NCBI GenBank assembly: GCA_964016885.1 | Contig: OZ024748.1 | Location: forward strand, 59,892,001-59,956,000 | Source: Eledone cirrhosa | Lineage: Eukaryota | Length of the DNA: 64,000 bases | Direction of reading: 5' to 3' | Part shown: piece by piece, positions 1 through 14,491 of the stretch | How positions within the stretch are numbered: the stretch's first letter is position 1 | How the letters are laid out: each line of letters begins with the position of its first letter | Translations under genes and position numbers: made by a program | The notes under the pieces: generated by a model | Databases searched by the model: none | What the model saw: only the letters and a program-made list of their open reading frames with translations | What the model was told of the DNA's origin: nothing

Positions 1-92
1 GTGAGTGTACGTGTCTGTACGTGAGTGTACGTGAGTGTACGTGAGTGTACGTGTGTGTACGTGAGTGTACGTGAGTGTACGTGAGTGTATGT
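1..92. repeat. 10-bp tandem repeat (GTGAGTGTAC)n
   Basis: About 9 near-perfect copies; truncated by the window start. Confidence 0.9.
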
Positions 93-769
93 GTGCATGT
101 GTTGTCTGTGTGTCTGTGTACGTGCATGTGTTATAATGATTTGCTGGCTTAAGTGATTATGTTCATTAAGCGAGCCGTTAGAAAAAGCCGGATTTTGCAA
201 CTCATTAGAAAAGGTTTCGTTTGTTAATCAGGTACCCGGAGCTTCTAATTACTCAAATGAGTATATTTGTTAGGGATAATTAACATCAATGTTATACAAT
301 AGCCTGGAGTGTTCAATTAACAAAAGAACCAACTAGAATGGTGGGAAGGAAGAATAAATAATTAATAGATGGAAAGAATTAAAGTTGTTTTATTATATGA
401 TGTAATTAAGGAAAATTCGCACGCGTGAAGGAATTCAAATAGACTTTTCTGTTGTTAGGTAAGATACAAAAATATAAAGATATAAAGACATAAATATGTA
501 CAAAATGGGGTTTTGCTAAAAGCAAAGCTATATTTCAAAGCATTTGGATATTAGTTACTTGGTTTTGTATCCATATAACTAAGACGTCTTTATCTATATA
601 TTTATATATCTATCTATCTATCTATATATATATATATATAAATGTATATATATATATCTTTATCTATATAGCTATAAATCTATCTATATAGCTATATATT
701 TATTTATATATCTATAATATACCTATCTATCTATTTGTCTATCTATCTACCCGTCTACTTATCTTTCTA

Positions 770-975
770 TGTGTGACGAAAGCACTTTGACAATATATAA
801 ACAACCTTCCGGTTATCGAATCAACCAACCAACCGGAAATTTATTCCAAAATAAAGCGGAAACAAACAGGTGCGTGTGTTTTTATTAGCAACATGACCCT
901 CCCAAAGTATAACAATACCTGTTTCAACACACGTTTTCAGATAAGAAATCTTGCAAAACTAATTCAAAGACAAAG
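770..975 (+). mobile_element. Family A element, 5'-truncated copy (3' half of hammerhead plus tail)
   Basis: Aligns by eye to 23095-23320. Begins TGTGAC-GAAA-GCAC-TT-TGAC. Confidence 0.8.
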
Positions 976-1009
976 TACATATACGTATACACACACACAT
1001 ATATATATA

Positions 1010-1419
<410 letters not shown>

Positions 1420-1834
1420 ATGTGCATATACTATCAAAATCAGTAGTAATAGGAGTTTATATCGAGATGTCGAGTTGCTCCAACTGTATCCTCTATCCTC
1501 TCTACGGTTATTTGTTTTATTTGCATCGATGGGTTGATCTCAGATAATACATAAAACAAGGTAAATTATACTTGTGCCGTGTGCAGTAGCCTGCTGTAGG
1601 TATTAAAGTTAGCTTCGCTCGGAGCTCAGACAAAATATACAGACGATAAAGAAAATGTCGCATAAAAAATACCGATAACGAATGAAAACAATATACTGGA
1701 GAATATAACTATATATTGTTACAGTTGACAGCAGAGGATTTCTAGGTGAAGATATTGTGTATGCTCTTGTTCTGTGTGTATGTATGTATGTTTGTTTGTG
1801 TGTATGTATGTATGTTTGTTTGTGTGTATGTATG

Positions 1835-1893
<59 letters not shown>

Positions 1894-2080
1894 TAATATG
1901 TACAGTATATATATACATTAATATGTACAGTATATATCAATATTTATATGTAAATCATAAAGAAAATATGTATATACGTATATACGTACGTATTTGTACG
2001 TATTCATACATGCACACACATACGGACGCACATTCGCACACACCTACAATACACACACACACACACATACACACATACAT

Positions 2081-2135
<55 letters not shown>

Positions 2136-2211
2136 CATAGATAAATATGTACGTATATATTTATACGTAACAAACACACACACTGCTACATACGCTCACA
2201 AACACAGACAG

Positions 2212-2315
<104 letters not shown>

Positions 2316-2799
2316 TTATTTATTATTTATATATACACAAGACCAGAATAATAGTTTGTAAATCTGAATGTTATTTATGTTTTAGAATGGACTGGAATTA
2401 TAATTCTCAAAGACAGAATAGTAAAAAGGTTGGGTGAGCTTTATTGATAGCTAGTTACCAATGACGTGTATTTAGACTTGTGTTCTGGGAAAGAGGAGAT
2501 GGTTGTTGTGGAAAAGATGGACATTTCTTATGGAAGAATGTGGGTAGATGTATAGGATGGCGGTGGTGGCTGTGGTGAGATTGGAGGGTAGATGCTATTA
2601 TTGTTTTCAGAACCAATGAGACGACAGCAACAACAAAATATAATAAACAGGTAGAATGTTATGATGTTTCTGCTTATCTAGACGATATTATCGCTATAAA
2701 TTTAAACTATTTAACGCCATAGTAAGAAATGAAAGCGTATGAATGTCTCTGCTCATGGAGTTCATACTTTTTGTTCAATTCTTGATGTAAATGATAGAT

Positions 2800-3560
2800 T
2801 ATGTAGACCGGAGTTCATATCTCGTTCATTTCTGTACGCAACTATTTTGGCCACCGAAAGATTACATCTGGCTCAAATATGTATATCACTCACTATCTTG
2901 TCTCACCGCGAGCTCACATCTCGCTCAACGTGGGATATAGAGTCCAATCTGTTGTAGGTCACAATTTCAGCTCACTAAGACTTTACACTTCGCTCAGCTC
3001 TCAAGTTGCATTCCCGGCTCTCTTCGAAGTCAGATCTACTCATTACGTTACGGTGTAAGTTCACAGCGAGCGTACATCTCTGCTCAATTCTCTAGGTGCT
3101 GAGTCAGGTCACCTAGTAATTATATTTCGCTCAACTCGATGTATTGTATCTTCAGCTCATTGAGATCTTATATCTCGCTAAATTCTGTATTTCATAATCT
3201 CGGCTCACCGAGAATTTACACGTCGCTCAATTCGGTAAGTCACATTCTCGGCTCTCGCCTCATGGAGACCTGACATGTCATTCAACGCTGTAGGCAGTGT
3301 CTTAGGTTATCTAGTACCTGCATACAGTTCAATATGTATAATGCTGTCTCGGCTCAATCACTGTGAACTTATACCTCGCTCAACTCTGTATATCGCATCT
3401 CCACTCACTGAGAATGTACATCTCGCTAAACTCTGAAGGTGGAGTCTCTGTTCACATAGTTCTTATATGTCGCTCAACTCCGAATGTCACAGAGCATATA
3501 CGTTGTTGAACTTTATACATCTTAGTCTGGTTTTGTCACAGATTTTGTTCAACTCCATAC
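2800..3560. repeat. Degenerate ~47-bp minisatellite
   Basis: Motif TCGCTCAAC or variants at about 3081, 3128, 3175, 3222, 3376, 3423 and 3470, spaced 47 bp apart. Confidence 0.7.
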
Positions 3561-3669
3561 GTAAAAGAAGATGTTATAAAATGTAATATCATTTAATATA
3601 AATGTTAAACGAATGTTAAAAAATTGATTTCTCTTCATATTTTCAAAAACATTCTTAGATCTGTAGATA

Positions 3670-4495
3670 GTGAGGGCAGTCGTTGTGGTAGTTATGGTGG
3701 TAGTGGCGGCAGTAGTGTTATTGTTAGTGGTGCTGGTGTTGGAGTTGGTGCTGTCGGTGATGGCGGTGCTAGCGTTGGAGCTGGTATTGATATTGGTATT
3801 GATGTTAGTAGTAGCGGTAGTGATATTTATTAGTGGCTTTGGTATTAGTGTTGGTGTACCTGGTGCTGCTACTGGTGATGCTGTTGGTGTTGGTGTTGGT
3901 GATGATAGTAGGGTTGGTGCTGGTGATGTTGTTGTTGGTCTTAGAATTTGAGTTGGTGGGGCTAGTGCTGGTGGTTGTGTTGGTGTTGATAGTAGGGCTG
4001 GTGCTGATGGTGCTGGTGCTGATGGTAATACTGGCGTTGGCGTTGGTGTTGGTGGTGGTGGTGGTGGTGGTGCTGGAGTTGTTGGTGGTGGTGGGGGTGT
4101 TAGTGTTGGTGGTGCTGCTGCTGAAGGTAATACTGGTGTTGGCGTTGGTGGTGGTGGCGGTGGTGGTGGTATCGGTGTTGGCGTTGGTGTTTGTGGTGCT
4201 GGTGCTGGTGCTGGTATTGGTGTTGGTGATCATGTTGGTGTTGGCGTTGGTGGTGCTGGTGATGGTGGTGCTGGTGTTGGTACTCATGTTGGCGTAGGTG
4301 ATGTACGTGACGCCGATGTTGGCTTTGGTGACGTTGGTGGTGGTGGTGGTGGTGGCGTTGGAATTATTATATATTGGTGGTGCTGGTGGTGGTGCTGGCA
4401 TTACTGCGGGTGGTGGTGGTGGTGCTGGCATTACTGCGGGTGGTGGTGGTGGTGCTGGCATTACTGCGGGTGGTGGTGGTGGTAACGGTGGATGT
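3670..4495. repeat. Degenerate (GGT)n low-complexity tract with a 30-bp unit x3 (4385-4482)
   Basis: GGTGGTGGTGGTGCTGGCATTACTGCG-type unit repeated three times; reads Pro/Thr-rich on the minus strand. Confidence 0.85.
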
Positions 4496-4646
4496 GAGGA
4501 TATAGTTGATGTAGTCAAGCCTAATATGGAACTATTTTATGTTTACTGCCTGAGGGAGGGTTGAAATGAAAGTCAATGATGTTGGTATTTCCATGGTATA
4601 GCACCCACCCCACCCCACTACCACCACTACCACAACAACAACAACA

Positions 4647-5755
4647 GTGTGTGTTGGAGTGTTTGTAGGAGTGTGTGTTGTTGGAGTGTGTGTTGTTGGA
4701 GTGTGTGTTGGAGTGTGTGTTGGAGTGTGTGTAGGAGTGTGTGTTGTTGGAGTGTGTGTTGTTGGAGTGTGTGTTGGAGTGTGTGTTGTTGGAGTGTGTG
4801 TAGGAGTGTGTGTTGTTGGAGTGTGTGTTGGAGTGTGAGTACGCGTGTGTGTTGTTGGAGTGTGTATTGGCGCGTGTGTTGGAGTGTGTGTAGGCGTGTG
4901 TGTTGTTGGCGTGTGTGTTGGAGTGTGTGTTGGAGTGTATGTTGGAGTGTGTGTACGAGTGTGTGTTGTTGGAGTGTGTGTTGTTGGAGTGTGTGTTGTT
5001 GGAGTGTGTTGGCGTGTGTGTTGGAGTGTGTGTTGGAGTGTATGTAGGAGTGTGTGTTGTTGGAGTGTGCGTTGGAGTGTGTGTAGGAGTGTGTGCTGTT
5101 GGAGTGTGTGTTGTTGGAGTGTGTGTTGGAGCGTGTGTAGGAGTGTGTGTTGGAGTGTATGTAGGAGTGTGTGTTGTTGGAGTGTGCGTTGGAGTGTGTG
5201 TAGGAGTGTGTGCTGTTGGAGTGTGTGTTGGAGTGTGTGTAGGAGTGTATGTTGCAGTGTATATAGGAGTGTGTGTTGTTGGAGTGTGTGTCGGAGTGTG
5301 TGTTGGAGTGTGTGTTGGAGCGTGTGTAGGAGTGTGTGTTGGAGTGTGTGTAGGAGTGTGTGTTGTTGGAGTGTGTGTTGGAGTGTGTGTAGGAGTGTGT
5401 CTGTTGGGGTGTGTGTTGGAGTGTGTGTAGGAGTGTGTGTAGGAGTGTGTGCTGTTGGAGTGTGTGTAGGAGCGTGTGTTCTTGGAGTGTGTGTTGGAGT
5501 GTGTGTAGGAGTGTGTGTTGTTGGAGTGTGTGTTGGAGTGTGTTGTTGGAGTGTGTGTTGGAGTGTGTGTTGGAGTGTCTGTAGGAGTGTGTGTTGTTGG
5601 AGTGTGTGTTGGAGTGTGTGTTGGAGTCTGTGTTGGAGTGTGTAGGAGTGTGTGTTGTTGGAGAGTGTGTGTGTTGGAGTGTGTGTAGGAGTGTGTGTTG
5701 TTGGTGTGCGTCTATGTATGAGTGTGTGTGTGTGTGTGTGTGTTGGAGAGTGTGT
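4647..5755. repeat. 12/15-bp minisatellite GGAGTGTGTGTT(GTT)
   Basis: About 1.1 kb of interleaved 12- and 15-bp variants; explains the 552-aa ORF. Confidence 0.95.
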
Positions 5756-6137
5756 GTACGATTGTTTGTGTGTGTGTAGGAATGTGTCTGTATATGAATG
5801 TGTGTGTATGTGTACCAATCTGTGTTTTTGAGGTTGTGTAGGAATATGTGTATATAGGTGTGATGATGGTGATGGTGATGGTGGTGGTGGTGGTTGTAGT
5901 GGTGTTGATGGTGATGGTGGTCGTGTAAATGATACAGGGGGTGGTGTTGGTGGTGTTGGGGGTATTATTGGTCGGGGGGGGGGGGTGTAAATAATAGAGA
6001 GGGTGGTGTTGGTGACGTTAATGGTGTTGATATTTTCACACACACACACTAACTCGCGCGCGCATGCACGCACATACACACGCAGACACACACGCATGCA
6101 CATACACATACACACACACACACGCACGCACACACAA

Positions 6138-6168
<31 letters not shown>

Positions 6169-6425
6169 TACTTCTACCCAGAGTTAGCAACTTTCTGGTA
6201 ACGTAGATTTGAGAGATTCAATGTAAGATAGGTTGTGACTAAGGTGACTCCCTCGTTTTACCGCCTTAACTCTTTAGTATTTAAACCAGCTGTATCCGGC
6301 CAGAATCCTAACTTCTTCTTCTGTTCAAACCGGCCATAACCAGCCCCTCATACCAACGTTAAGGTATTGTTCCCAAAATAAATAATATGAAAATCTCATA
6401 GATTCAATATTATTTGAAATAATTA

Positions 6426-6592
6426 CCGTATTTCCCGGCGCCGAAGACGCTTCGTCCTCGAGGACGCACCCTAATTTTGACAACCAAAACTTTGAAAAAA
6501 ATAATAAACAACCTTCGGCCTCCAGGGTGCCTGGTAGATTTTTGAGACTTATTTTAGGAAAAAAGTCGCGCCTTCGATGCCGGGAACTACGG
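6426..6592. mobile_element. pogo/Tigger-type MITE
   Basis: TIRs CCGTATTTCCCGGCGCCGAAGACGC / GCGCCTTCGATGCCGGGAACTACGG, with TA on both sides. Confidence 0.85.
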
Positions 6593-6724
6593 TATGTGAG
6601 ATAAAGCCTTTAGTTCAAAAATGCAATAATAAATATGTGTGACAGCTCAAAGCTATGCAGGTTTAGCTGGCCTCCTCCAATGTATATCTCGTTGGAGGTG
6701 TCTTGGGTGACTTAATGATAGGGA

Positions 6725-6884
6725 CCCCAGTCCTATCATCTCATTTCTACAGCTGAATAAACTGGAGCAACGTGAAATAAAGTGTCTTAATCAAGGAAAC
6801 AACACACCACCCGGTTCGATAAATTGAACTCACAACCATTCGATTGCAAGCCCAATGCTCTAACCACTAAGCCATGCGCCTTCA
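6725..6884 (-). mobile_element. tRNA-derived SINE (second family)
   Basis: The minus strand has A box TGGCTTAGTGG, B box GAGTTCAAT, then a TCCTTG..AAGACACT core. A related copy lies at about 44885-44975. Confidence 0.75.
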
Positions 6885-7402
6885 CAATAGTAAATATAGA
6901 ACAATGTAAATGCTAAAGACATTTAGTATATTGTTCAAGTATTCAAGACAAACCACACCGCCTGTGTTCGAACTCCCAACCGTGAGATCATGAATCACAC
7001 ATCATAGCCTGTAAGACATTTTAAATAATTTTCTTCTAATTCTTTACATCTGTGACAATTTTATTTCGAATTAGTTTCTTCATTTCATTCTGTGAGTGAG
7101 ATTGTCTTGTCGGTTCTCAATAAAATATCATTATCTAAGACTTTCAATTTTACTTAGCTACTACTTTACTTTACGTATATATAACTTATTCTTCGAAGTT
7201 ATAAATAATTCAGTGAAATTTCCAACAGATTTCCATTTAAGTGCTAATGCCAAATTATCAGGCAAAAATATCATAGCAATATATATTAGATTAGATTCTT
7301 TTAGATTAAACCACACCGAGACATTTTATTTTAGACGAGAGAGCGGGCGAGAGAGAGAACCGGAGAGAGAAAAGCAGAGAGAGAGAGAGAGAGAGAGAGA
7401 GA

Positions 7403-7471
<69 letters not shown>

Positions 7472-7960
7472 AGGGAGAGAGAGAGAGAAGAGAGAGAGAG
7501 GAATTGCAGATATTACCTTGTTTGGATGGTGGTGTTTCACGGACACAACAGCTATATATAACCTTGTGGTTAAGAAGTTCACTTTGTAACTACATTTCCT
7601 GGTTTGATTCTAGACAATTTTTACGAAACATTTTTTACGAAATTGGCTTCTATCATTACAGTCAAAGAGAGTTGACATCCATCTTGCCTTACCCTGCCAG
7701 CATAATTTGGTATTTTCACATGGAAACTTTGCAGAAGCTTGTCGCATATATATAAATATATATCCGTATGTGGTTGATGGCTGAGAGAAAAGAGTACTCA
7801 ATACCGAATTAAATGAATATGTTCTTGTCTGATTACCCTGCTATTATAAACAGCCGAAACCCCAGTGTAACAGATTCCCCTTTTAGTCTTAATAATATAT
7901 ATATATATATATTATTAAGACTGGGGTCATACTTGTTCCTATATATATGTATATATATAT

Positions 7961-8446
7961 TATAAAATAACACGAGGCTGGACTGGTGTAATTCCTTAAA
8001 AGGTTTATTATACTATGAACATTTCAATGACCGGGTTCAGTATGAATTTGGTGACATCATCAGGTATTCGAAATTTAACAAAGAAATATAATCCATGCGA
8101 CTGAAAAGGCAGAGAGACAAGAAGGGGGCAACACATTTAGCAGTTTCTAGTTCTGTCGGCCGACCCATGGATTATATTCCTTTGTTAAATTTCGAATACC
8201 TGATGATGTCACCAGTTTCATACTGAACCCGGTCATTGAAATGATCATAGTATAATAAACCTTTAAGGAATTACACCAGTCCAGCCTCCTGTTATTTTAT
8301 AATAATTAACTCCGTACTCGCACCACCAACAACACAAACGAAGACGGGTGAGTTGCATTACGTCGAGTGCTCTCCCTAATATTACACCGAGGCTGACCAT
8401 ACGGAATGACCAGTTCTATCCAGTGGTGAACCAACAAACCTAAATG
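7961..8446 (+). mobile_element. Family C fold-back element (Penelope-like end)
   Basis: Inverted arms 7961-8097 and 8166-8302, unpaired tail 8303-8446, TA repeats on both sides. Confidence 0.8.
8196..8253 (+). ncRNA. Type I hammerhead ribozyme motif (family C)
   Basis: atac-CTGATGA-[extended stem II]-GAAA-TGATCA-TA-gtat: stem I ATAC/GTAT, palindromic stem III, AUA site. Confidence 0.7.
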
Positions 8447-8491
8447 TATATATATATATATATATATATATACACGCACACACACACACAC

Positions 8492-8718
<227 letters not shown>

Positions 8719-9784
8719 AGATTTGTTTGCTAGTTTACTGAGTACCAAGGTAAATGTATGTAGATTCCATTGTCCAACGTAGAAATGCAAAGAAACATTT
8801 ATATATAGTTGGACAACACGACTGATAAGATAAATACCGCTACTATATTTACTCTCTGAGTTCGCTCCTCCTGGGCATCGATAGATACAACGCATCGCTT
8901 CGTAGCGTTCGAGTGAATATGATCCAATGTTCAAAATATGAATTGCAATATTTCTTTTGTCAATCCACAATGCTTAATAATATTTACAGTTTTATTATCT
9001 TCCATTAATGCCACTTCATGTATTTTGACCCTTACGTTAACGCCATGTTTCAAAGACATCTCTTATACCATTATAAAAAGGTGGCTTCTAGCAACTTCAT
9101 TTCACTTGCATTCTTTCCTATCAAATTTGATTTCTCACTAAATATTTCACAACAAAAGATATCCACTCTTCTAAGGGTCATTTATTTCTATCTTTAAGGA
9201 TTGAGAAAGAAACACAAAAACAGAAAAAAGGAAAAGCATGCAAGGTTTCACATCCTTTATACTTCTGGCAATTCTATAACCACATTAGAGAGGACAGGAC
9301 AGATAACAGAGGCCCCTTAACATTTGAAATCCACGGCCAAATAATCCTCAATAGATGGAAATATTTGATTTATTTCCCCCCATGTCCTTTATCTGTTAAC
9401 ATTAAAATCTATCGATAAACTCGTGTTTACCGATATCCAATATATTATGAAAATGGTCGTAATTTTTGATGTCAAAATAACCCCCTCCAAACATTATAAT
9501 CGGTTTATATCTCCATTAATGCTTTTACGCCATTGAACTTACGAACGGTCTCTGCACGTTTCAGGTCATAACCGGATTTGAACTCTAGCTTGGCACCTCC
9601 AGTTGTTATTTATTATTGCGAAGCACATTGAAATTGATCAATGAAATTTCTTTCTCTCTGCCTGTCTCTCGGTCTGTCTGTCTGTCTCAATCTCTCACCT
9701 TTATCCCTCTCTCTATATATTCTTTCTCTTTTCGTTTTTCATCCATTCTTATTTTCTTTTGATCTTCCTTTATTTCATTTCATT

Positions 9785-9955
9785 TACCTACCTACCTACC
9801 TACCTACCTACCTACCTACCTACCTACCTACCTACCTACCTACCTACCTACCTACCTACCTACCTACCTACCTACCTACCTACCTACCTACCTACCTACC
9901 TACCTACCTACCTACCTACCTACCTATCTACCTACCTACCTACCTTCCTACCTAC

Positions 9956-10020
<65 letters not shown>
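9785..10020. repeat. (TACC)n then (TATC)n microsatellite
   Basis: Direct inspection. Confidence 0.95.
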
Positions 10021-10025
<5 letters not shown>

Positions 10026-10029
10026 GTCT

Positions 10030-10862
10030 GACGTGTGGAACATCGCCGGTAAGCTTTTTTGTTAATTTCTATGCAAAAAACCGAACTAATTGTTTCAAAA
10101 AATATAACACTTCGTAGATTAACCCCCAAGCTGAATTGTCAGCTGGGTGGTAATCCCATTTTTCGTCCCTGTAGGGGCGAAAATTTTATTTTAAAAATTT
10201 GTTTTAAAATATCAGATTTTACAAACTAAATAATTTGAGCAACACAAGAACGCTGGAGAACGTTAATAGAGAAAAGAGAGAGAAAGAGGCAGATATTAAC
10301 GTTATATCTGCTTCTGCTACTATGGACGTCGCCATAGATACAAGTGTCAACAAAGAAAAAAATATATTAACACTTGAACATTTTAAAATTTCTACCGTCG
10401 AAGCGGAGAAAAATAATAATAACACACAGGAAAACACAGGAATTAAACCCATTAACATACATACACATCAAAAAGACATCAACAACTCTACAGATACATC
10501 TATACATAAAGTTTCACCTCGACAAGGAACTGAGATTTCCAACAACGATAACAACAACATCAACAGCAACACCACACAAAAAAAGAAGATGTCTTTCGCT
10601 GAAAATGTCTTTCGCTGTTTATAAGCCTGTAGGTTGAAGAAGAGAGCAAAGGGAAGAATTGAGCACTTGCACAACACGCTCCTGGAGTTTTGGGTTGTTC
10701 TACCGACAGGGTATTAAACAACCCATTTGTGGCGCCTCCCCCCTATTGGGGATTTCGATTGTTGTAATTGTTTGTTTTTATATTTTTTACACGACTGTAT
10801 GTAAAATCCCCGGCATGTCTTTGTATTGTCTCCTTTTCTTGTGCGCCCTTGTGGCAAATATA
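10030..10862 (+). mobile_element. Probable internally deleted Tx1/L1-like LINE (5' UTR + ORF1 start + 3' end)
   Basis: Structured 5' region, a hydrophilic 129-aa ORF (10235-10624), and a T-rich 3' UTR ending GCCCTTGTGGCAAATA. It sits within (TATC)n next to an APE fragment. Confidence 0.45.
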
Positions 10863-10892
10863 GAAATATATCTATATATCTATCTATCTCTC

Positions 10893-11137
10893 GGTGTCCC
10901 GGATGGGGCATATGCCGACACCAATCTGAAGGCTCCACCTTCACTGCCGTCAACGTCTTGGATCATCAGTCGACCCTCTGGGTCTGTGTTACGAGGTCCA
11001 GGTGTTTCCGCAGCAAAACGGCAACTCCGCCCCCATCTCGAGGCTGACAGAGATACGTAGATCTCAAAGTCGTCGAAGATGGGGGCCAGTTGTCGCTCGC
11101 TGTGGATCCTGGACTCGCAAATGGCTACTACATCCAT
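10893..11137 (-). pseudogene. APE endonuclease fragment of a Tx1/L1-clade LINE
   Basis: Translation shows DVVAICESR (catalytic xQET-like), DPEGRL and FRLVSAYAP (VYAP) motifs in the correct order. Confidence 0.8.
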
Positions 11138-11286
11138 ATCTCTCTATCTATCTATGTTTGTATGTATATGTATGTTTCTCTATTTATCTAACTATCTATC
11201 CGTCTGTATGTCCACCTGTCTGCCCGCCAGTCTATCTGTCAGTCTGTTTGTCTATCTGTCTATCTGTTTATCTGTCTGCCTGTCTA

Positions 11287-11359
<73 letters not shown>

Positions 11360-11679
11360 TCCTTTCCCCTTACCTCTCTGTCTTTTACTCTGTCCCTCCA
11401 CTTTCTCGATCTAACATCATGTTAAAATATTCAAACCAATCTTAATGTTACATTATGTAGCCGCCTTAATGACCACGTGGGAGGTCGTACTGTTTCGCAA
11501 ATGGTTTGTCGGTCATTTAATCACCAAACGCTATCACAGCCCCTAACACAACCCAACACTACCGCAACCCCTTTCCTAACTCATTCACAACACGTATTCA
11601 ATGTCTCCCAAACTCCCAAAAGATTTCTACAAAGTTGGATTTAGTGGTGATGTTTGTTGTTGTTGTTATTTTTATATGT

Positions 11680-11893
11680 TGGTGGATTGGCAGAATTGGT
11701 GGAGCGTCGGACAACATGCTTTGTGGCATAGATTTACGGTCCTTTAAGCTTTGGGTTCAAATCTAGCCGGGGTTAGCTTTTGATTTTCATCCTTACGGAT
11801 GTCGATAAAATAAAGTACCAGTAATGTACTGGAGTCAATCTAATCGATCTTCCCCTCTCACAAAATTGTGCCTAAATCAGAAACCACTATTAT
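11680..11893 (+). mobile_element. tRNA-derived SINE with Nin-like central domain
   Basis: A box TGGCAGAATTGG, B box GGTTCAAATC, core TTTCATCCTTACGG.GTCGATAAAATAAAGTACCAG, AT-rich tail. Confidence 0.85.
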
Positions 11894-11964
11894 AACCTTC
11901 TCCTCCTCCTCTAACACCTTCTTCTCGCCCCCTCCTACTTCTCCCCCTCCCCCCTCCTCCTCAT

Positions 11965-11966
11965 CT

Positions 11967-12031
<65 letters not shown>

Positions 12032-12165
12032 ACTTTAATTATCGGTTTAGGTGTCTGTTGTTTGTTATTACTGTTGATGTTCAAGATGTTGATGATGACG
12101 ATGGCGATGATAATGATGATGATAATGAGGAGGATTGTAATCAGGAAAATGACGACGATGACGAT

Positions 12166-12218
<53 letters not shown>

Positions 12219-12400
12219 TGACGATGATGACGATGACGATGACGACGATGATGACGACGATGACGACGATGATGATGATAATGATGATAATGATGAATGA
12301 TGACGATGATGACGATGATGATGATGATGGCGATGACGACGACGTCGTCGATGACAATGATAATGGTGATGCTGCTACTGCTGCTGCTACTGGTGATGTT
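11965..12400. repeat. (TAC)n and (GAT/GAC)n microsatellites
   Basis: Direct inspection. Confidence 0.9.
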
Positions 12401-13294
12401 ATATTTGCAGTAGAGAGAAGAAACTATGTGTCATGGCGGAGAATTCGTTAATATATCTTGACACAGATCGGAACGAAACGTGTTCACCAATAAATATCAT
12501 AGCGGGCCTTTATCGTAAATGACTGTAATTTGCGCACGCGCAGGCGTGCGTGTGTTTGCTGAAAGTGTGTCGTTGTGTGTGTGTGTGTGTATGTGTGTAT
12601 GTGTGTATGTGTGTGTGGTTGTGTATTTGTGTATTTGAGTGTTTGTGTGTTTGTGTGTATGTGTGTTTGTGTGTATGTGTGTGTGTGTATGTGTATGTAT
12701 GTGTGTATGTGTGTATGTGTGTATGTGTGTTTGTGTGTATGTGTGTTTGCGTGTATGCGTGTGTGTGTGTGTGTGTGTATGTGTGTATATGTGTATGTGT
12801 GTATGTATGTATTTATGTCTGTGTCTGTGGTATCGTTTATGTATGTGAGTGTGTGTGTATGTGTGTAACTATTGTGTCTCTGGTATGTGTACGTTTCCTC
12901 TTCATATACACTACACGTATTCTCTGTATGTATGTGTGTATGTGTTTATGTTTATGTGTATGTGTGTTTGTGTGTCTAATTATGTCTATTTGTGTGAATG
13001 TGTACGATCCCTTTTCATATACTCTACATGTATTCTCTGTATGTATGTGCGTATATTTATGTATGTGCTTGTGTGTGTAATTATGTCTGTTTTTTTTATT
13101 ATATGTATAATTCCTCTATATAACACTCTGCATGAGTGTTCTATGTAAGAGACTGACTGCAAATGGCGAACTCATAAGTAAAATGGCGGCTGTATATTCA
13201 CGCATCGAACATTCATTATAATAATGGTTTCTTATATAGGCACAAGGCCAGCAATTAAACCAGTGTATTACTGGTACTTTATTTTATCGATCCC

Positions 13295-13337
<43 letters not shown>

Positions 13338-13475
13338 CATATACATATATATCTATATATATATATATATATACATATATACATATACATATATATATAC
13401 CGATATAGATATATATATATGTACATATATATACATATACATATATATATGTATATGTATATATGTATATATGTA

Positions 13476-13564
<89 letters not shown>

Positions 13565-13571
13565 ATATGTA

Positions 13572-13625
<54 letters not shown>

Positions 13626-13701
13626 CAGTATTTTCCGTTGTGTTGTAGAAACACGTGTCAATAAATTCCTTTCAACTAAACTGTATCCATTCAAATCTTT
13701 C

Positions 13702-13810
<109 letters not shown>

Positions 13811-13848
13811 ATATATATATATGTATATATGTATATATGTATATATAT

Positions 13849-13985
13849 AACGAAGGAAATGTGGTTAGGAACCAGGTGGACCATAACGCACCAAAGTACT
13901 CAATACTTAGGGTAGTAGAGTGGGTGATAGGAATAAGTAAGACCCCGACGGCTGAGCTCAGCCGTCGGTGTCTTACTTGTTCCTA
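13849..13985 (-). mobile_element. Family E fold-back element
   Basis: Tail plus short inverted arms folded at the internal palindrome TGAGCTCA; flanked by (TA)n. Confidence 0.85.
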
Positions 13986-13990
13986 TGTAT

Positions 13991-14069
<79 letters not shown>

Positions 14070-14109
14070 GTATATGTATATATGTATATATATATATGTA
14101 TATATGTAT

Positions 14110-14142
<33 letters not shown>

Positions 14143-14344
14143 GTATATATGTATAAATATATATATGTATATGTATATATATATGTATATGTATATATAT
14201 ATGTATATGTATATATATAGACATATATATATATATACATATATACCTATATACATATATATATATATGTATATATATATACATATATATATACATATAC
14301 ATATATATATACATATACATATATATATATTTATACATATATAC

Positions 14345-14379
<35 letters not shown>

Positions 14380-14405
14380 ATATATACATATATACATATA
14401 TATAT

Positions 14406-14438
<33 letters not shown>

Positions 14439-14491
14439 TATATATGTATATATGTATATATATATATGTCTATGTATATATATATATATAT

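Larger units (their letters stand above)
6266..6925. mobile_element. Old TTAA-flanked MITE-like element interrupted by younger insertions
   Basis: Left end TTAACTCTTTAGTATTTA and right end TAAATGCTAAAGACATTTA are imperfect inverted termini. It contains a nested MITE and a SINE. Confidence 0.45.

Noticed and set aside
3805-4518. Formin/WASP-like polyproline ORF (PPPPPAVMPA x3)
   Set aside because: Lies in a degenerate (CCA)n tract open in multiple frames, with no folded domain; coding status is unsupported without RNA data.
4532-6190. 552-aa His/Thr/Pro-rich ORF
   Set aside because: Translation of a 12/15-bp minisatellite and (CA)n; open in several frames on both strands.
12058-12451. Poly-Asp and Met/Thr ORFs
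   Set aside because: Trinucleotide microsatellite.
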